Assembly (NCBI RefSeq): GCF_003231495.1
Contig: NZ_PQWO01000003.1
Coordinates: 60,001-92,000 of the forward strand
Direction of reading: 5' to 3'
Length of the DNA: 32,000 nt
DNA from: Acaryochloris thomasi RCC1774
Lineage (GTDB): Bacteria > Cyanobacteriota > Cyanobacteriia > Thermosynechococcales > Thermosynechococcaceae
The translations under genes were made by a program, and so were the position numbers. Positions 20,604 through 30,137 of the stretch are shown in pieces. Within the stretch, counting starts at the first letter, position 1. Each line of letters opens with the position of its first letter. The notes under the pieces were generated by a model. The model was not told the origin of the DNA. It was given only the letters and a program-made list of their open reading frames with translations, and did no database searches.

Positions 20604-21815
20604 ATGCGGCTCTCCCCTTTACTCGCAGTAACGGTGCTGCTCCTGTCTAGTTGCAACCTTCTGCCTTCGCAGCCCCCTTCCCTCAGCCAGCCCCAGGCCA
20701 AACGCCTGCCGATTGAATTTGAGGGCGGACATATTTATCTCAAAGCCAGCCTCAATCGCGCTCCTCCAGAGTGGTTTATTCTCGATAGCGGCTCGACCCA
20801 TACCCTGATTGGCCAATCTCAGGCCCAATCTTTAGGTCTCAAGCCTCAAGGTAGCGTGCAGATTAAAGGTGTTGGTGACCGTAAAGTTCCGGCAACCTTT
20901 AGTTCGGGCACTGCCTTTGATCTGTCAGGGGTCCACTGGAACAGCTCAGAATTGCTCGTCGTACCGCCTTCTTTTTTTGCGCCACTGCAGCAGTATTTTG
21001 GCCGTGAATTTAGCGGCATCATCGGGGCCGATCTTTTTGAACAGTTCGTGGTTGAAGTGGACTATGCAGAGCAAACTCTGCGTCTATCGGATTCCAAAAC
21101 CTATCGCTATCAAGGGAATGGCTATAAAATCCCGCTGAAGCTGCGCAAAGGAAAGCCATATATTAAGGGCATTCTTCAGCCAGCGTCGGAACAACCGCTC
21201 AAAGGTCAACTGCTTATCGATCTCGGCAGCGGGGCAGCGTTAGATATCAATGAACCCGTCCCCGAAAAGGTGCATCAATGGCTGAGTCAAACCCCTTCCT
21301 TGCCGCGATTAACCCTGGGGGTGGGGGGAGAGAAGGCTGTTCAAATTGGTCGCATTCAGCAGTTACAGATGGGCGATCTGAAGATTGAGCAACCGATTAC
21401 AGAATTTAGCCTGGAACGCCCCCCTCGGCCTCAGCAAAAACTATCAGGACGAATCGGCAGCCAGATCTTAAGCCCGTTTCGGGTCACGCTAGACTATGGG
21501 CGTAAGCGTATGATTCTAGAACCTCAAGCCCAACAGCCGCCAATTGATTACGACATGAGCGGTCTGTGGCTCAAAACCCAGGGCAGGCCATTTGATCAGG
21601 TTTGGGTAGAGCGGGTCTTTGAGAACTCTCCAGCGGCTGAGGCAAACATTAGGGCAGGAGATCGCATCCTCTCTATTGATCGTAAACCCATCTCGGAACT
21701 CTCGCTCAATCTAGTGCGACAGCGGCTGAAAATCCCAGGCCAAACGGTGCAGCTTCAGATCCAGCGGCAGCAGAAAACTCTACCCGTTCAGTTAACTCTC
21801 AAGTCGCTTATCTAG
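20604..21815 (+). CDS. lipoprotein: retropepsin-like aspartyl protease with C-terminal PDZ domain
   Basis: Lipobox-type signal MRLSPLLAVTVLLLSSC. Two Asp-protease-like motifs, FILDSGSTHTLIG and LLIDLGSGAALDI. C-terminal PDZ (VFENSPAAEANIRAGDRILSIDRKPI). Starts 13 nt after the preceding gene. Confidence 0.7.
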   Translation: MRLSPLLAVTVLLLSSCNLLPSQPPSLSQPQAKRLPIEFEGGHIYLKASLNRAPPEWFILDSGSTHTLIGQSQAQSLGLKPQGSVQIKGVGDRKVPATFSSGTAFDLSGVHWNSSELLVVPPSFFAPLQQYFGREFSGIIGADLFEQFVVEVDYAEQTLRLSDSKTYRYQGNGYKIPLKLRKGKPYIKGILQPASEQPLKGQLLIDLGSGAALDINEPVPEKVHQWLSQTPSLPRLTLGVGGEKAVQIGRIQQLQMGDLKIEQPITEFSLERPPRPQQKLSGRIGSQILSPFRVTLDYGRKRMILEPQAQQPPIDYDMSGLWLKTQGRPFDQVWVERVFENSPAAEANIRAGDRILSIDRKPISELSLNLVRQRLKIPGQTVQLQIQRQQKTLPVQLTLKSLI

Positions 21816-21816
21816 C

Positions 21817-23055
21817 TCACGCCGCACTCTGGGCAGCAGGCAGCGGCAAGGTCCAGTAGAAAGTTGCGCCTTGGCCAGTGGCAGTATTGCACCAAATTTG
21901 GCCGCCGTGACGAGCGACAATACACCGGGCCATCGCTAGGCCAATGCCTTGGCCCTCATCTTCGGGAGTGAGCTGCTGAAAAGGCGTGAAGACCTGTTCA
22001 CTGTGCTGCATGTTGAAGCCAATGCCGTTGTCTTTGACAAAGTAAACGCGCTGTTCTGCAAGACATGGCATCGTCTCTGGCAAATCCGACGACTGGCAGA
22101 GGCCCACTTCAATGTTGGCGGGCTGGCAGCCATGCGTAAATTTCCAGGCATTGCTTACTAGGTGATCAAGCAGCATCCACAGAAGCCGAGAATCTCCTCG
22201 TACTAGAATTTGAGGTGCGATCGCAACCTTCACCTGTCGCTTCGGGTGCTGTATCTTCAGCTGAGAGACAATCATTTGAGCCGTTGCGCTCAGATCAACC
22301 GACTGCACCTGCAGCGGACTGTGGCTGAGCTGTGCAAGCTGCAGCAAGCCTTCAAAAACGTCCCCCATTTGATGGCTGTAGTCTTGAATCATCCCTAGAT
22401 AGCGGGTGACCTTACCATCCTGTTCGCCGAGGCTCGCGTTAAGCAAAGCACAGGCGGTCTTGATACCCGCTAGCGGGTTCCGCAAATCGTGGGCAACCGT
22501 ATGATTGAATGCAGCCAAATCGGCATTGGCGTCAGCGAGCTGCTGAGCCTGCCGCTTGAGTTCTTGATTGGTTTCCTCTAGCTCTAGGGTCCGCAGGCGA
22601 AGCACTTCATCTGTGCGCTGTCGCTCAATGGCATAGCGAATAGAGCGCACCAGTACTTCTTGGGTAATCTGCCCCTTCACAAGGTAATCCTGAGCACCTT
22701 GATTAACGGCCTGAGTAGCCAGGGTTTCGTCGTTGGTCCCCGTCAAAATCACTACGGGTACAGAGGGAACGACTTGCTCCAGTTGCTCAAGGCTTTGTAA
22801 GCCTCGGCTATCCGGCAGGGAAAGGTCCAGCAGAATCACTTGGTAGGGGTGCTGCTTAAGGGTTGCGATCGCATCTCCCAGGCGCTCAACGTGCTGGAGC
22901 TGAAATTCTTTGGCTTCAGAGGCTCCCACCACTCCTAGCATCCCTTGAATCAGGAAAGCATCTCCCAGGTTATCTTCCACTAGCAGTACAGAGAGAGCCT
23001 CCTGTGCTGCGGAAGATTGCAAGACTGGCTGAACGGTCGCAGAGTTATTTACCAT
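21817..23055 (-). CDS. hybrid response regulator-histidine kinase (N-terminal REC, HisKA, HATPase_c)
   Basis: REC: VLLVEDNLGDAFLI ... ILLDLSLPD ... VVILTG. H-box FNHTVAHDLRNPL. N, G1 and G2 boxes (HLVSNAWKF, DNGIGF, GQGIGLAMARCIV). Confidence 0.9.
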   Translation of the reverse strand: MVNNSATVQPVLQSSAAQEALSVLLVEDNLGDAFLIQGMLGVVGASEAKEFQLQHVERLGDAIATLKQHPYQVILLDLSLPDSRGLQSLEQLEQVVPSVPVVILTGTNDETLATQAVNQGAQDYLVKGQITQEVLVRSIRYAIERQRTDEVLRLRTLELEETNQELKRQAQQLADANADLAAFNHTVAHDLRNPLAGIKTACALLNASLGEQDGKVTRYLGMIQDYSHQMGDVFEGLLQLAQLSHSPLQVQSVDLSATAQMIVSQLKIQHPKRQVKVAIAPQILVRGDSRLLWMLLDHLVSNAWKFTHGCQPANIEVGLCQSSDLPETMPCLAEQRVYFVKDNGIGFNMQHSEQVFTPFQQLTPEDEGQGIGLAMARCIVARHGGQIWCNTATGQGATFYWTLPLPAAQSAA

Positions 23056-23080
23056 AGCAAATCGCAGAAATTCTCACACA

Positions 23081-23527
23081 TCAACATTGAGTCTTCGATC
23101 CTGAGGTTCCAGGCAAACGAGGTAATGCAGCCCCCACCAACCAGAACTGCTCTAGAGCCAGCATTAGAGTCGCCGAATCCTGAAGATTTAGAGGCTTCGT
23201 CAGATAGCAATTCGCCTGCAGGCGGTAGCAGCGTAGAATATCTTGCTCAGCGCCAGAAGTCGACAGCACAATCACCGGGATATGCATCAGGTCTGGGTCA
23301 GCTTTAACCTGCCGCAGAACCTCGTAGCCATCTATCTGAGGCAAATTAAGATCTAACAGCATCAAGTCAGGGAGTTGAGCCGCCTGCTTCAAAAAATCCA
23401 GCGCCTCTCTACCATGAGAGACCTGATGCAGAACCGTTGCCGGGCGCTGCTCAAGGGCGTGACTCACCAGGAAAGCATCTCCCGGATTATCCTCCACCAG
23501 TAAAATCTGAATCGGCTGCTCGCTCAT
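23081..23527 (-). CDS. single-domain CheY-like response regulator (Rcp1-like)
   Basis: MSEQPIQILLVEDNPGDAFLV ... LMLLDLNLPQIDG ... PVIVLSTS ... YLTKP. The ATG at 23527 is preferred. The 226-aa ORF-track version adds 78 non-REC residues that overlap the upstream kinase. Confidence 0.9.
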   Translation of the reverse strand: MSEQPIQILLVEDNPGDAFLVSHALEQRPATVLHQVSHGREALDFLKQAAQLPDLMLLDLNLPQIDGYEVLRQVKADPDLMHIPVIVLSTSGAEQDILRCYRLQANCYLTKPLNLQDSATLMLALEQFWLVGAALPRLPGTSGSKTQC

Positions 23528-23654
23528 CACTTCACTTGACGTTGGCCTTAGGTTAGACAATATGACCCGCAATTCTGACAATAAGCCACAAAATATCTGT
23601 AAAAGAACCTCCCTCAAGCCTCTCTTCTGACAGAGAGTTAGGGGATAAAGACAG

Positions 23655-26375
23655 CTACTTCGGGAGCGTAAAGTAGAAAGTCGATCCCTTACCCAGCTCT
23701 GACTCCACCCAAATCTTCCCCCCCAGTTGCTCGACAATTTTGCAGCAGATTGCCAAACCAATGCCCGTCCCCGGATATTCCTGCTTCGTATGCAGCCGCT
23801 GGAAAATCATGAAGATCCGCTCAGCATGAACCGGATCCATACCGATGCCGTTGTCGCGCACGAAAAATTGCCACTGATGGGTCTGCTCCTTGGCTCCAAT
23901 CTCAATCTCAGGCGGGCAGTCACGGCGATACTTAATTGCGTTCCCTAAAAGATTTTGCCAGAGCTGCTGGAGCTGCAGGCGATCGCTCACCAACGTCGGC
24001 AATGGTCCCTGATCAATTACAGCCTGACTTTCGGCAATCGCTATCTGCAGGTTGGCCTTAGCAGCTTCCAACACTGCACCACAGTCTAGAGACACTAGGG
24101 TATTTCTTTGGGTACCAACCCGTGAGTAGGTCAGCAAATCGTCGATCAGCTGCTGCATGCGAGCTGCGCCATCCACCGCAAACGCAATCATCTTATCGGC
24201 CTTATCATCCAACTGTCCGGTGTAGGTTTGAGCCAAAAGCTCAGTAAAGCTGGTCACCATCCGCAGTGGCTCTTTCAGGTCATGGGACGCTACATAGGCA
24301 AACTGCTCTAGCTCTCGATTGGAGCGAATCAGTTCAGCATTTGCCTTTTGCAACTGCTGCTCCACCTGCTTTAACCCTGTCACATCAATGATCACCGCCA
24401 ACGATCGCTCAATTTGGCCTCGGGAATCCCGCTCGGCAATCGCAGAGAGCAGTACGTCCATCACCGCTCCAGTCTGGGTCACAAACTGATAGGTCGCGTT
24501 TTGCACAAATCCCTGCTGACGGAACTGGGGCATATAGAGGTCTCGGGCCTGCTGTTGTGAGGCTGGAGTGAGGAATTCAGTTGATTTTCGGCCTAAGACT
24601 TCATGCCGCTGATACCCCATCTTTGCTAGCCAGTAATTACTGACGCTAATTAAGTTCCCTTGAGCGTCAATGGAGTGCAGCATGACGGGCGTATTGTCAT
24701 AAATCGCTCGATAGCGAGCTTCACTCCGCCCCAGTGCAGTTTCAAACTGTTTGCGATCGCTAATGTCGCGGGCCACCCAAAGCACCGCCTGCTCAGACAT
24801 GGGGGAGACGCTGGCGGTGAACCAATGCTCATGGTTATCAACGGCAAGACAATACTCAAATTCAATCGATTGCCCCGTTGCTAGCGCCTGCTGAACCTGA
24901 ATCCCCCAGTCATTGTCGCCACCGTTCCACAGATGCTGGACCGTTTGATTCACGCAGTCACTCTCAAAGTCTTCATAGATTGAGGGATCGGTGGGAGCAA
25001 TTTCAATGTCTGTAATTTCACCTTCCTGTACATGACACATCAATACAACATCGTTCATGGCTGCAAAAATGGCGCGCATCTGCTGCTCTGAACTTCGGAG
25101 TCTGGTTTCTAAGAGTTTGCGATCGCTAATATCTCTCTGCAGCACCAGCACATAGGGATCAACTTCCCCGTAGCGAATCACGCGCCAGGAACAGTCCATG
25201 CTGCGCGCCTGTCCCTCCGGCATCATCCACTGCACCTCTTGCCGCCCAATCTCTTCCTCAAACAGATCGATAAAGACCTGCGGATCGCTCTGCTGATCAG
25301 TCGGTGCCAAAAAGTCTGCAAACGCATGGTTAAGCAGTTCTGCTTCTCGATAACCCGACCGCTGCAGCACCGTTGGATTGACCTGTTGAATCATCCCTCG
25401 AAGGTCTAAGACAAAAATAAAGTCTGGGGCAGCCTCAAAGAGAGATCTCCAGCGCTGTTCACTCGCCTGCAAACGAGCCTCAGCCTGCCGTCGTTCCGTG
25501 GTATCTCGCGCAACCGCATAGATTGCACCCAGCGGATCAGGGGAAGCCGTCCAGGCCAGCCATCGATAGGTTCCATCAGCACACAGGCAGCGTTTTTCAA
25601 ACTCTGGGGTGGCCTTACCCTGCTGCAGCTGCTGCAGCTCCATGCGAGTAGCGGCATGATCATCAGGATGAATAAAATCAAAAATAGACTGGCCAAAGAG
25701 CTGATCATTCGTATGACCCAGCGTTTTGAGAAAGGATGGATTCACGCGCCGAAAATGACCGCCCGTATCGGCAATACACAGCAGATCCATTGAGAGAGAG
25801 AAGAACTGCTCAAGCTCAAGCTCGGCCTGTTGGCGCTCAACCACTTCTTGCTCCAGTCTCATGTTGGCATTCTGTAAATCTACCGTCCGTGCTTGAATCC
25901 GCCCCTCTAGCTCTGCATTAAGCTGCTGCACCCTCATCTCTGCCAGTCTTCGATCTTCAATTTCAGCTTCTAAACGTCGATTGATGGCCTCTAGCGCCTG
26001 CGGATTTGGGAGTGCCAGCGCCTGTGGCAGCACCGGTACCAATGCAACAGCGGTGTAGCAAGACACAAGGGCTGTCAATGCCTTGACACCCCCTGACAGC
26101 CAGTAAACCGGCTGCCAAAGGGTCCAGATCTCTATGAGGTGAGTTGTCCCACAGGTCAAGATAAATGCGCTGAACAGCACAAAAATCCGTCGGAAGGGCA
26201 CATCTTCTCGCTGACGCACAAAGTACACCAGCAAAATGGGAATGGAATAGTAGGCCAGAGCCGTCAATAGATCAGAGACGACATGCAGTCCCACCAGCCC
26301 TGGCTGCCATAAATAGCAGTGCCCGTGGGGAATATAGCGCCGAGAGAACAGAACGCTCTGCACAAAATTCAGCAT
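23655..26375 (-). CDS. sensor histidine kinase with N-terminal ETR1-type ethylene-binding transmembrane domain, coiled coil, about four PAS domains, HisKA and HATPase_c
   Basis: The N-terminus aligns by eye with Arabidopsis ETR1 helices 1-3: VSDLLTALAYYSIPILLVYFV / FVLFSAFILTCGTTHLIEIW / VKALTALVSCYTAVALVPVLP. It includes the Cu-ligand equivalents Cys75 (26151..26153) and His79 (26139..26141). PAS-like blocks, H-box FAYVASHDLKEPLR, G2 box GTGIGLAICCKIV. Confidence 0.9.
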   Translation of the reverse strand: MLNFVQSVLFSRRYIPHGHCYLWQPGLVGLHVVSDLLTALAYYSIPILLVYFVRQREDVPFRRIFVLFSAFILTCGTTHLIEIWTLWQPVYWLSGGVKALTALVSCYTAVALVPVLPQALALPNPQALEAINRRLEAEIEDRRLAEMRVQQLNAELEGRIQARTVDLQNANMRLEQEVVERQQAELELEQFFSLSMDLLCIADTGGHFRRVNPSFLKTLGHTNDQLFGQSIFDFIHPDDHAATRMELQQLQQGKATPEFEKRCLCADGTYRWLAWTASPDPLGAIYAVARDTTERRQAEARLQASEQRWRSLFEAAPDFIFVLDLRGMIQQVNPTVLQRSGYREAELLNHAFADFLAPTDQQSDPQVFIDLFEEEIGRQEVQWMMPEGQARSMDCSWRVIRYGEVDPYVLVLQRDISDRKLLETRLRSSEQQMRAIFAAMNDVVLMCHVQEGEITDIEIAPTDPSIYEDFESDCVNQTVQHLWNGGDNDWGIQVQQALATGQSIEFEYCLAVDNHEHWFTASVSPMSEQAVLWVARDISDRKQFETALGRSEARYRAIYDNTPVMLHSIDAQGNLISVSNYWLAKMGYQRHEVLGRKSTEFLTPASQQQARDLYMPQFRQQGFVQNATYQFVTQTGAVMDVLLSAIAERDSRGQIERSLAVIIDVTGLKQVEQQLQKANAELIRSNRELEQFAYVASHDLKEPLRMVTSFTELLAQTYTGQLDDKADKMIAFAVDGAARMQQLIDDLLTYSRVGTQRNTLVSLDCGAVLEAAKANLQIAIAESQAVIDQGPLPTLVSDRLQLQQLWQNLLGNAIKYRRDCPPEIEIGAKEQTHQWQFFVRDNGIGMDPVHAERIFMIFQRLHTKQEYPGTGIGLAICCKIVEQLGGKIWVESELGKGSTFYFTLPK

Positions 26376-26540
26376 GGTGATCCCTCAAACGCTTTGCGGT
26401 CTGGGTGTAGGGTACACCGATAGGGCAAAGACCTTTCGTCTTGGAAGACTTCAACTGCAAACGTTTTGGGCAAACCTGTTCCTTCGCTAAGATGGGGATA
26501 AATTCAGAACGTCCATCCGCATTAGAAATCTTGGAGCAGT

Positions 26541-27395
26541 ATGACTCAATCACACCCTCTCAACTCAGCGCTTGTTCTAGTCGCGGGTGCGACGGGTGGG
26601 GTGGGGCAGCTCGCGGTCGGGCAGCTCGTGGCTCAAGGGATTCCGGTCCGGGCCTTAACGCGCAATCCTGAGAAAGCGGAGCAACTGTTTGCGGGGCCTA
26701 CGTCTGACCCACAGGCAACGCCACTACAGATTACCCAGGGCGACATCCTCAATCCAGCAACGCTTCCGGCAGCCGTCGAGGGCGTCACCCACATCATCTG
26801 CTGTACGGGCACTACGGCCTTTCCGTCTCAGCGATGGCAGTTTCCAGAGCCAAAGGAGTCCAGCAATCCCTTGGCTTGGCTAGAGATTTATGGCAGTCCG
26901 CAGAACTACGGCGAGATTGCACGCAATAGCCCTCAAAAAGTTGATGCCGAGGGAGTGGGAAATCTAGTGCAGGCGGCCCCTAAGGATCTACAGCAGTTTG
27001 TTCTCATCTCATCCTGCGGCATCCTGCGCCGCCAACAGCTACCGTTTAGCATTCTGAACGCGTTTGGGGTGCTGGATGCCAAACTGCAGGGTGAGACAAC
27101 CCTGATCCAGTCAGGCTTGCCCTACACAGTCATTCGCCCCGGTCGGCTCATTGACGGCCCCTACACCTCCTATGATCTGAATACGCTGATCAAGGCGAAG
27201 ACAAAGGGTCAGTACGATGTGGTGCTCGGGCAGGGTGACACGCTCTCAGGGGAAGCCAGTCGGATTGACGTGGCAAGGGCTGCGGTGGAGTGCCTGAAAG
27301 CACCGGTCACGGTTGGCAAAACGTTCGATCTGATCAATGAAGGTGCTAGACCCACGGCGATTGATTGGTCTAGTTTGTTTAGCACGTTGGCTTAG
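26541..27395 (+). CDS. NAD(P)H-binding atypical SDR (paralog of 5716..6378)
   Basis: VLVAGATGGVGQLAV glycine-rich motif. LNAFGVLDAKLQGE...GLPYTVIRPGRL is shared with the other SDR. Confidence 0.8.
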   Translation: MTQSHPLNSALVLVAGATGGVGQLAVGQLVAQGIPVRALTRNPEKAEQLFAGPTSDPQATPLQITQGDILNPATLPAAVEGVTHIICCTGTTAFPSQRWQFPEPKESSNPLAWLEIYGSPQNYGEIARNSPQKVDAEGVGNLVQAAPKDLQQFVLISSCGILRRQQLPFSILNAFGVLDAKLQGETTLIQSGLPYTVIRPGRLIDGPYTSYDLNTLIKAKTKGQYDVVLGQGDTLSGEASRIDVARAAVECLKAPVTVGKTFDLINEGARPTAIDWSSLFSTLA

Positions 27396-27781
27396 AGCGT
27401 GTTCAGATAGCTCAGCAGATCGGCCATTTCTGCTGGGCTAACCTGGAATTTTGGCATCGGTGGGGTCTCGCCGCTGGTGATTTGATGCATGAGGCTGAGT
27501 TGCGATCGCTTCCCTGAAATATTGCGCAAACTCGGTCCCACTTTACCGTTGGCTTTAGTTCCATGACAGCCCGCACAGTTGAGCTGAAAGATGGCTTTAC
27601 CCTGTGTAACCTGTCCCTCTAGAGTCAGCACGTCTCGAACGTAGGGATCTGAGAGCCGGATTTGATAGATCGCTGTCGCTGTAATTGCGATCGCAACCAC
27701 AACCCCCAGCAACACAGCTATAGTTCTCCAAACCCTAGGTTCAGAAGTGGACAGTACCTCAGAAGTCGCTTGCTTATCCAA
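27392..27781 (-). CDS. cytM: membrane-anchored c-type cytochrome, CytM-like
   Basis: N-terminal TM anchor (WRTIAVLLGVVVAIAITATAIY). Heme motif CAGCHG (CxxCH). TPPMP region supplies a candidate Met ligand. The overall pattern (IFQLNCAGCHG...VGPSL...SGETPPMPKF...MADLLSYL) matches my recollection of cyanobacterial cytochrome cM. The start appears to be TTG, since no in-frame ATG is available. Confidence 0.55.
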   Translation of the reverse strand: MDKQATSEVLSTSEPRVWRTIAVLLGVVVAIAITATAIYQIRLSDPYVRDVLTLEGQVTQGKAIFQLNCAGCHGTKANGKVGPSLRNISGKRSQLSLMHQITSGETPPMPKFQVSPAEMADLLSYLNTL

Positions 27782-27902
27782 AAGAATTGGCCTGTGCTGA
27801 AGTCAGGTTCATCTTTCGTTATATAACATATCTTTACGTAATTCTTAAAGGTATCCAGCATTACTAAAGATTTCTCCCCCTTATGATTTTCTGGGTAGAG
27901 GG

Positions 27903-30137
27903 CTAATTCACAATCTTCCGCATGTACTGCCCCCAGAGCGTTGCAGCCTGACCACTACTGCCCGATGTTGGCTGATTATCATCATTCCCCAGCCAAATGC
28001 CCGTGAGCAGACTGCGACGGGGCACATAGCCAATAAACCAGAGATCGCGCCCCTTATCAGTGGTGCCGGTTTTGCCCGCTTCACCCAGTCCCAAGCTGGC
28101 CGAGCGCCCTGTCCCCGAACTAATCACGCCCTGCATCATTCGAGTCATTGTCCGGGCAATCCGGGGCTCTAACACTTGCTCTGCCGATTCCTGACCGCGA
28201 TTGAAGATCACCCGACAGGTTTGAATATCCTGAGCATCCTCACAATCCCCAGCATCGAGCACCTTACGAATCGCTAGGGGCGTCGCCTTCAGGCCACCAT
28301 TGGCAACCACCGCATAGGCGCGGCTCATTTCTAAAACAGTGGACTCATTTTGCCCCAGCACCACAGCAGGCACAGGATCTAACTTTGATTCAACACCCAA
28401 ATCACGCGCCGTCTGGATGACACGATTGAGGCCCGCATCTTGAGCCACCCGCAGCGCCACCACATTCTCCGATAGCGCCATACCGGTATACATATTGACG
28501 CTGGCCCCGCCCGAGCGACAGCCCTTATAGGTGAAGCCCTGATAGGTCAGAGGACTGCAGGCATAGGCCTTGCTGGGTGAAATGCCCCGATCAAGGGCGG
28601 CGGCATAGCCAAACAGCTTGAAAGTAGAACCGGGCTGGCGCTTTGCCTGAGTTGCCCGATTAAACTGGCTTTTTGCATAATCCACTCCGCCGACCAAGGC
28701 CAAAATTTCGCCGGTTCGATAGTCTAGGGTCACAATTGCCCCTTGACTGAACCGAAATTGCGACCCCGCAGTACTGACGGCCTGCTGCAGAGAAAGCATT
28801 GCCTCTTCTTGGATCTTGGGATCTAGACCCGTTTCAACGATGAAGTTACCTTCTTGAGCCAAGTCTGGACCCAGAAGCGTTTTGAGTTCATCAAAGACGT
28901 AGCTGTAGTAGTAGGGCGCTCGATTACTCTGCAGTGCCTTTTTCGCCTTGGGGCTAATTTCAATGCGCGATCGTCTGGCCCGATTGCCTTCTTCTTGCGT
29001 AATGCGACCTTGAGCCGCCATCCGGGTAATCACCCGATTGCGATAGAACAGCGCCGCATCGTAATCTTGCACCGGATTGAAGGCGTTGGGCGCAGGCAAA
29101 ATTCCAACTAAGGTTGCCGCCTCTGAGATCGATACATCGCCAGCAGACTTATCAAAGTAGAAACGGGCCGCATCTTCAAACCCATTAGCGTTGACGCCCA
29201 GATAGACCTTATTGAGGTAAGTCAACAGAACAAGGTCTTTACTGTAGAAGGTTTCCAACTTGAGGGCCACCATAGCCTCACGATATTTGCGGGCAATGGA
29301 ATTTTCTGCCCCCACATAGCCACGAAACAGACTTCGGGCGACCTGCTGGGTAATACCGCTGCCCCCCTGCTGGCTACCGCCACTAACGTTAGTAAGAAAC
29401 GCCCGCAGTGTTCCGATGGGGTCAACACCCAAGTGCCAGTAATAGCGACTGTCTTCAGAGGCCAAGAGGGCGTCAACGACGTAGGGAGAAAACTCAGATA
29501 GAGACTTAAGCTCACCGTGGGCAGATGTGCGCTGCGGCGTCAGGGGGGTTTGGTCACGAGCCAGCACGACAATCGGCCCCTGATTGACAACAGGTAGAGG
29601 CGTCACCTCAAATTTTTGCCACTCAAATGCAACAACGGCGGTGACAAGCGCAATCATGCCCGTCACACCGTAGAGCGCATAACGAAGCCCCCGAATGTAC
29701 CAAGGGGGCGGATCAATGAATGTGATCTGCACCGCTTCTGCTAAAGCAGGCGGACCAAGGGTTAACTGGTCTTTGTGATGAAGCCAGTACTGTTTAACCC
29801 GCTGCTTGCGATGAAAGGTACCGTTCGTAGAGCTTTCATCTAAAAAAACAAAGCGATTCGAACGCTTTTGATCTCGCTGCAGTGAGGCATGCACCTGACT
29901 GACGATGGGGTTGCGAATCACGATGTCACAGCCCTGAGAACTCCGCCCAATCACATACCGATCCCCAATCAGCTTATGTTCCTTGGGCTGGTCTTCACCT
30001 ACGCGGATCAAGAGCTTTGGCACCCTGGCATTACTCTTGAGGACAAGCTTCGTCACATTAGCTGGGGCAAAGATAGTCTTCACGACCTGCGTGACGTTGC
30101 CCAGGATAGTACGAGAGGGAGGGGGATCGGGAGTCAT
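27903..30137 (-). CDS. class A penicillin-binding protein (GT51 transglycosylase plus transpeptidase) with N-terminal cytoplasmic FHA domain
   Basis: FHA: YVIGRSSQGCDIVIRNPIVSQVHASL...FLDESSTNGTF. TM: ALYGVTGMIALVTAVVAFEW. GT51: ASEDSRYYWHLGVDPIG...GGSGITQQVAR. Transpeptidase: STFK, SEN, KTGTT. Confidence 0.9.
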   Translation of the reverse strand: MTPDPPPSRTILGNVTQVVKTIFAPANVTKLVLKSNARVPKLLIRVGEDQPKEHKLIGDRYVIGRSSQGCDIVIRNPIVSQVHASLQRDQKRSNRFVFLDESSTNGTFHRKQRVKQYWLHHKDQLTLGPPALAEAVQITFIDPPPWYIRGLRYALYGVTGMIALVTAVVAFEWQKFEVTPLPVVNQGPIVVLARDQTPLTPQRTSAHGELKSLSEFSPYVVDALLASEDSRYYWHLGVDPIGTLRAFLTNVSGGSQQGGSGITQQVARSLFRGYVGAENSIARKYREAMVALKLETFYSKDLVLLTYLNKVYLGVNANGFEDAARFYFDKSAGDVSISEAATLVGILPAPNAFNPVQDYDAALFYRNRVITRMAAQGRITQEEGNRARRSRIEISPKAKKALQSNRAPYYYSYVFDELKTLLGPDLAQEGNFIVETGLDPKIQEEAMLSLQQAVSTAGSQFRFSQGAIVTLDYRTGEILALVGGVDYAKSQFNRATQAKRQPGSTFKLFGYAAALDRGISPSKAYACSPLTYQGFTYKGCRSGGASVNMYTGMALSENVVALRVAQDAGLNRVIQTARDLGVESKLDPVPAVVLGQNESTVLEMSRAYAVVANGGLKATPLAIRKVLDAGDCEDAQDIQTCRVIFNRGQESAEQVLEPRIARTMTRMMQGVISSGTGRSASLGLGEAGKTGTTDKGRDLWFIGYVPRRSLLTGIWLGNDDNQPTSGSSGQAATLWGQYMRKIVN

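Noticed and set aside
23528-23761. 78-codon N-terminal extension of the response-regulator ORF in the ORF track
   Set aside because: The extension has no REC similarity and overlaps the 3' end of the upstream kinase. The canonical receiver begins at the ATG at 23527 (MSEQPIQILLVEDN).
26404-26418. Palindrome GGTGTA-GGG-TACACC in the divergent promoter region between the EBD kinase and the SDR, considered as an NtcA-type site
   Set aside because: The spacing is wrong for NtcA (GTA-N8-TAC). It is a single short palindrome with no second line of evidence.
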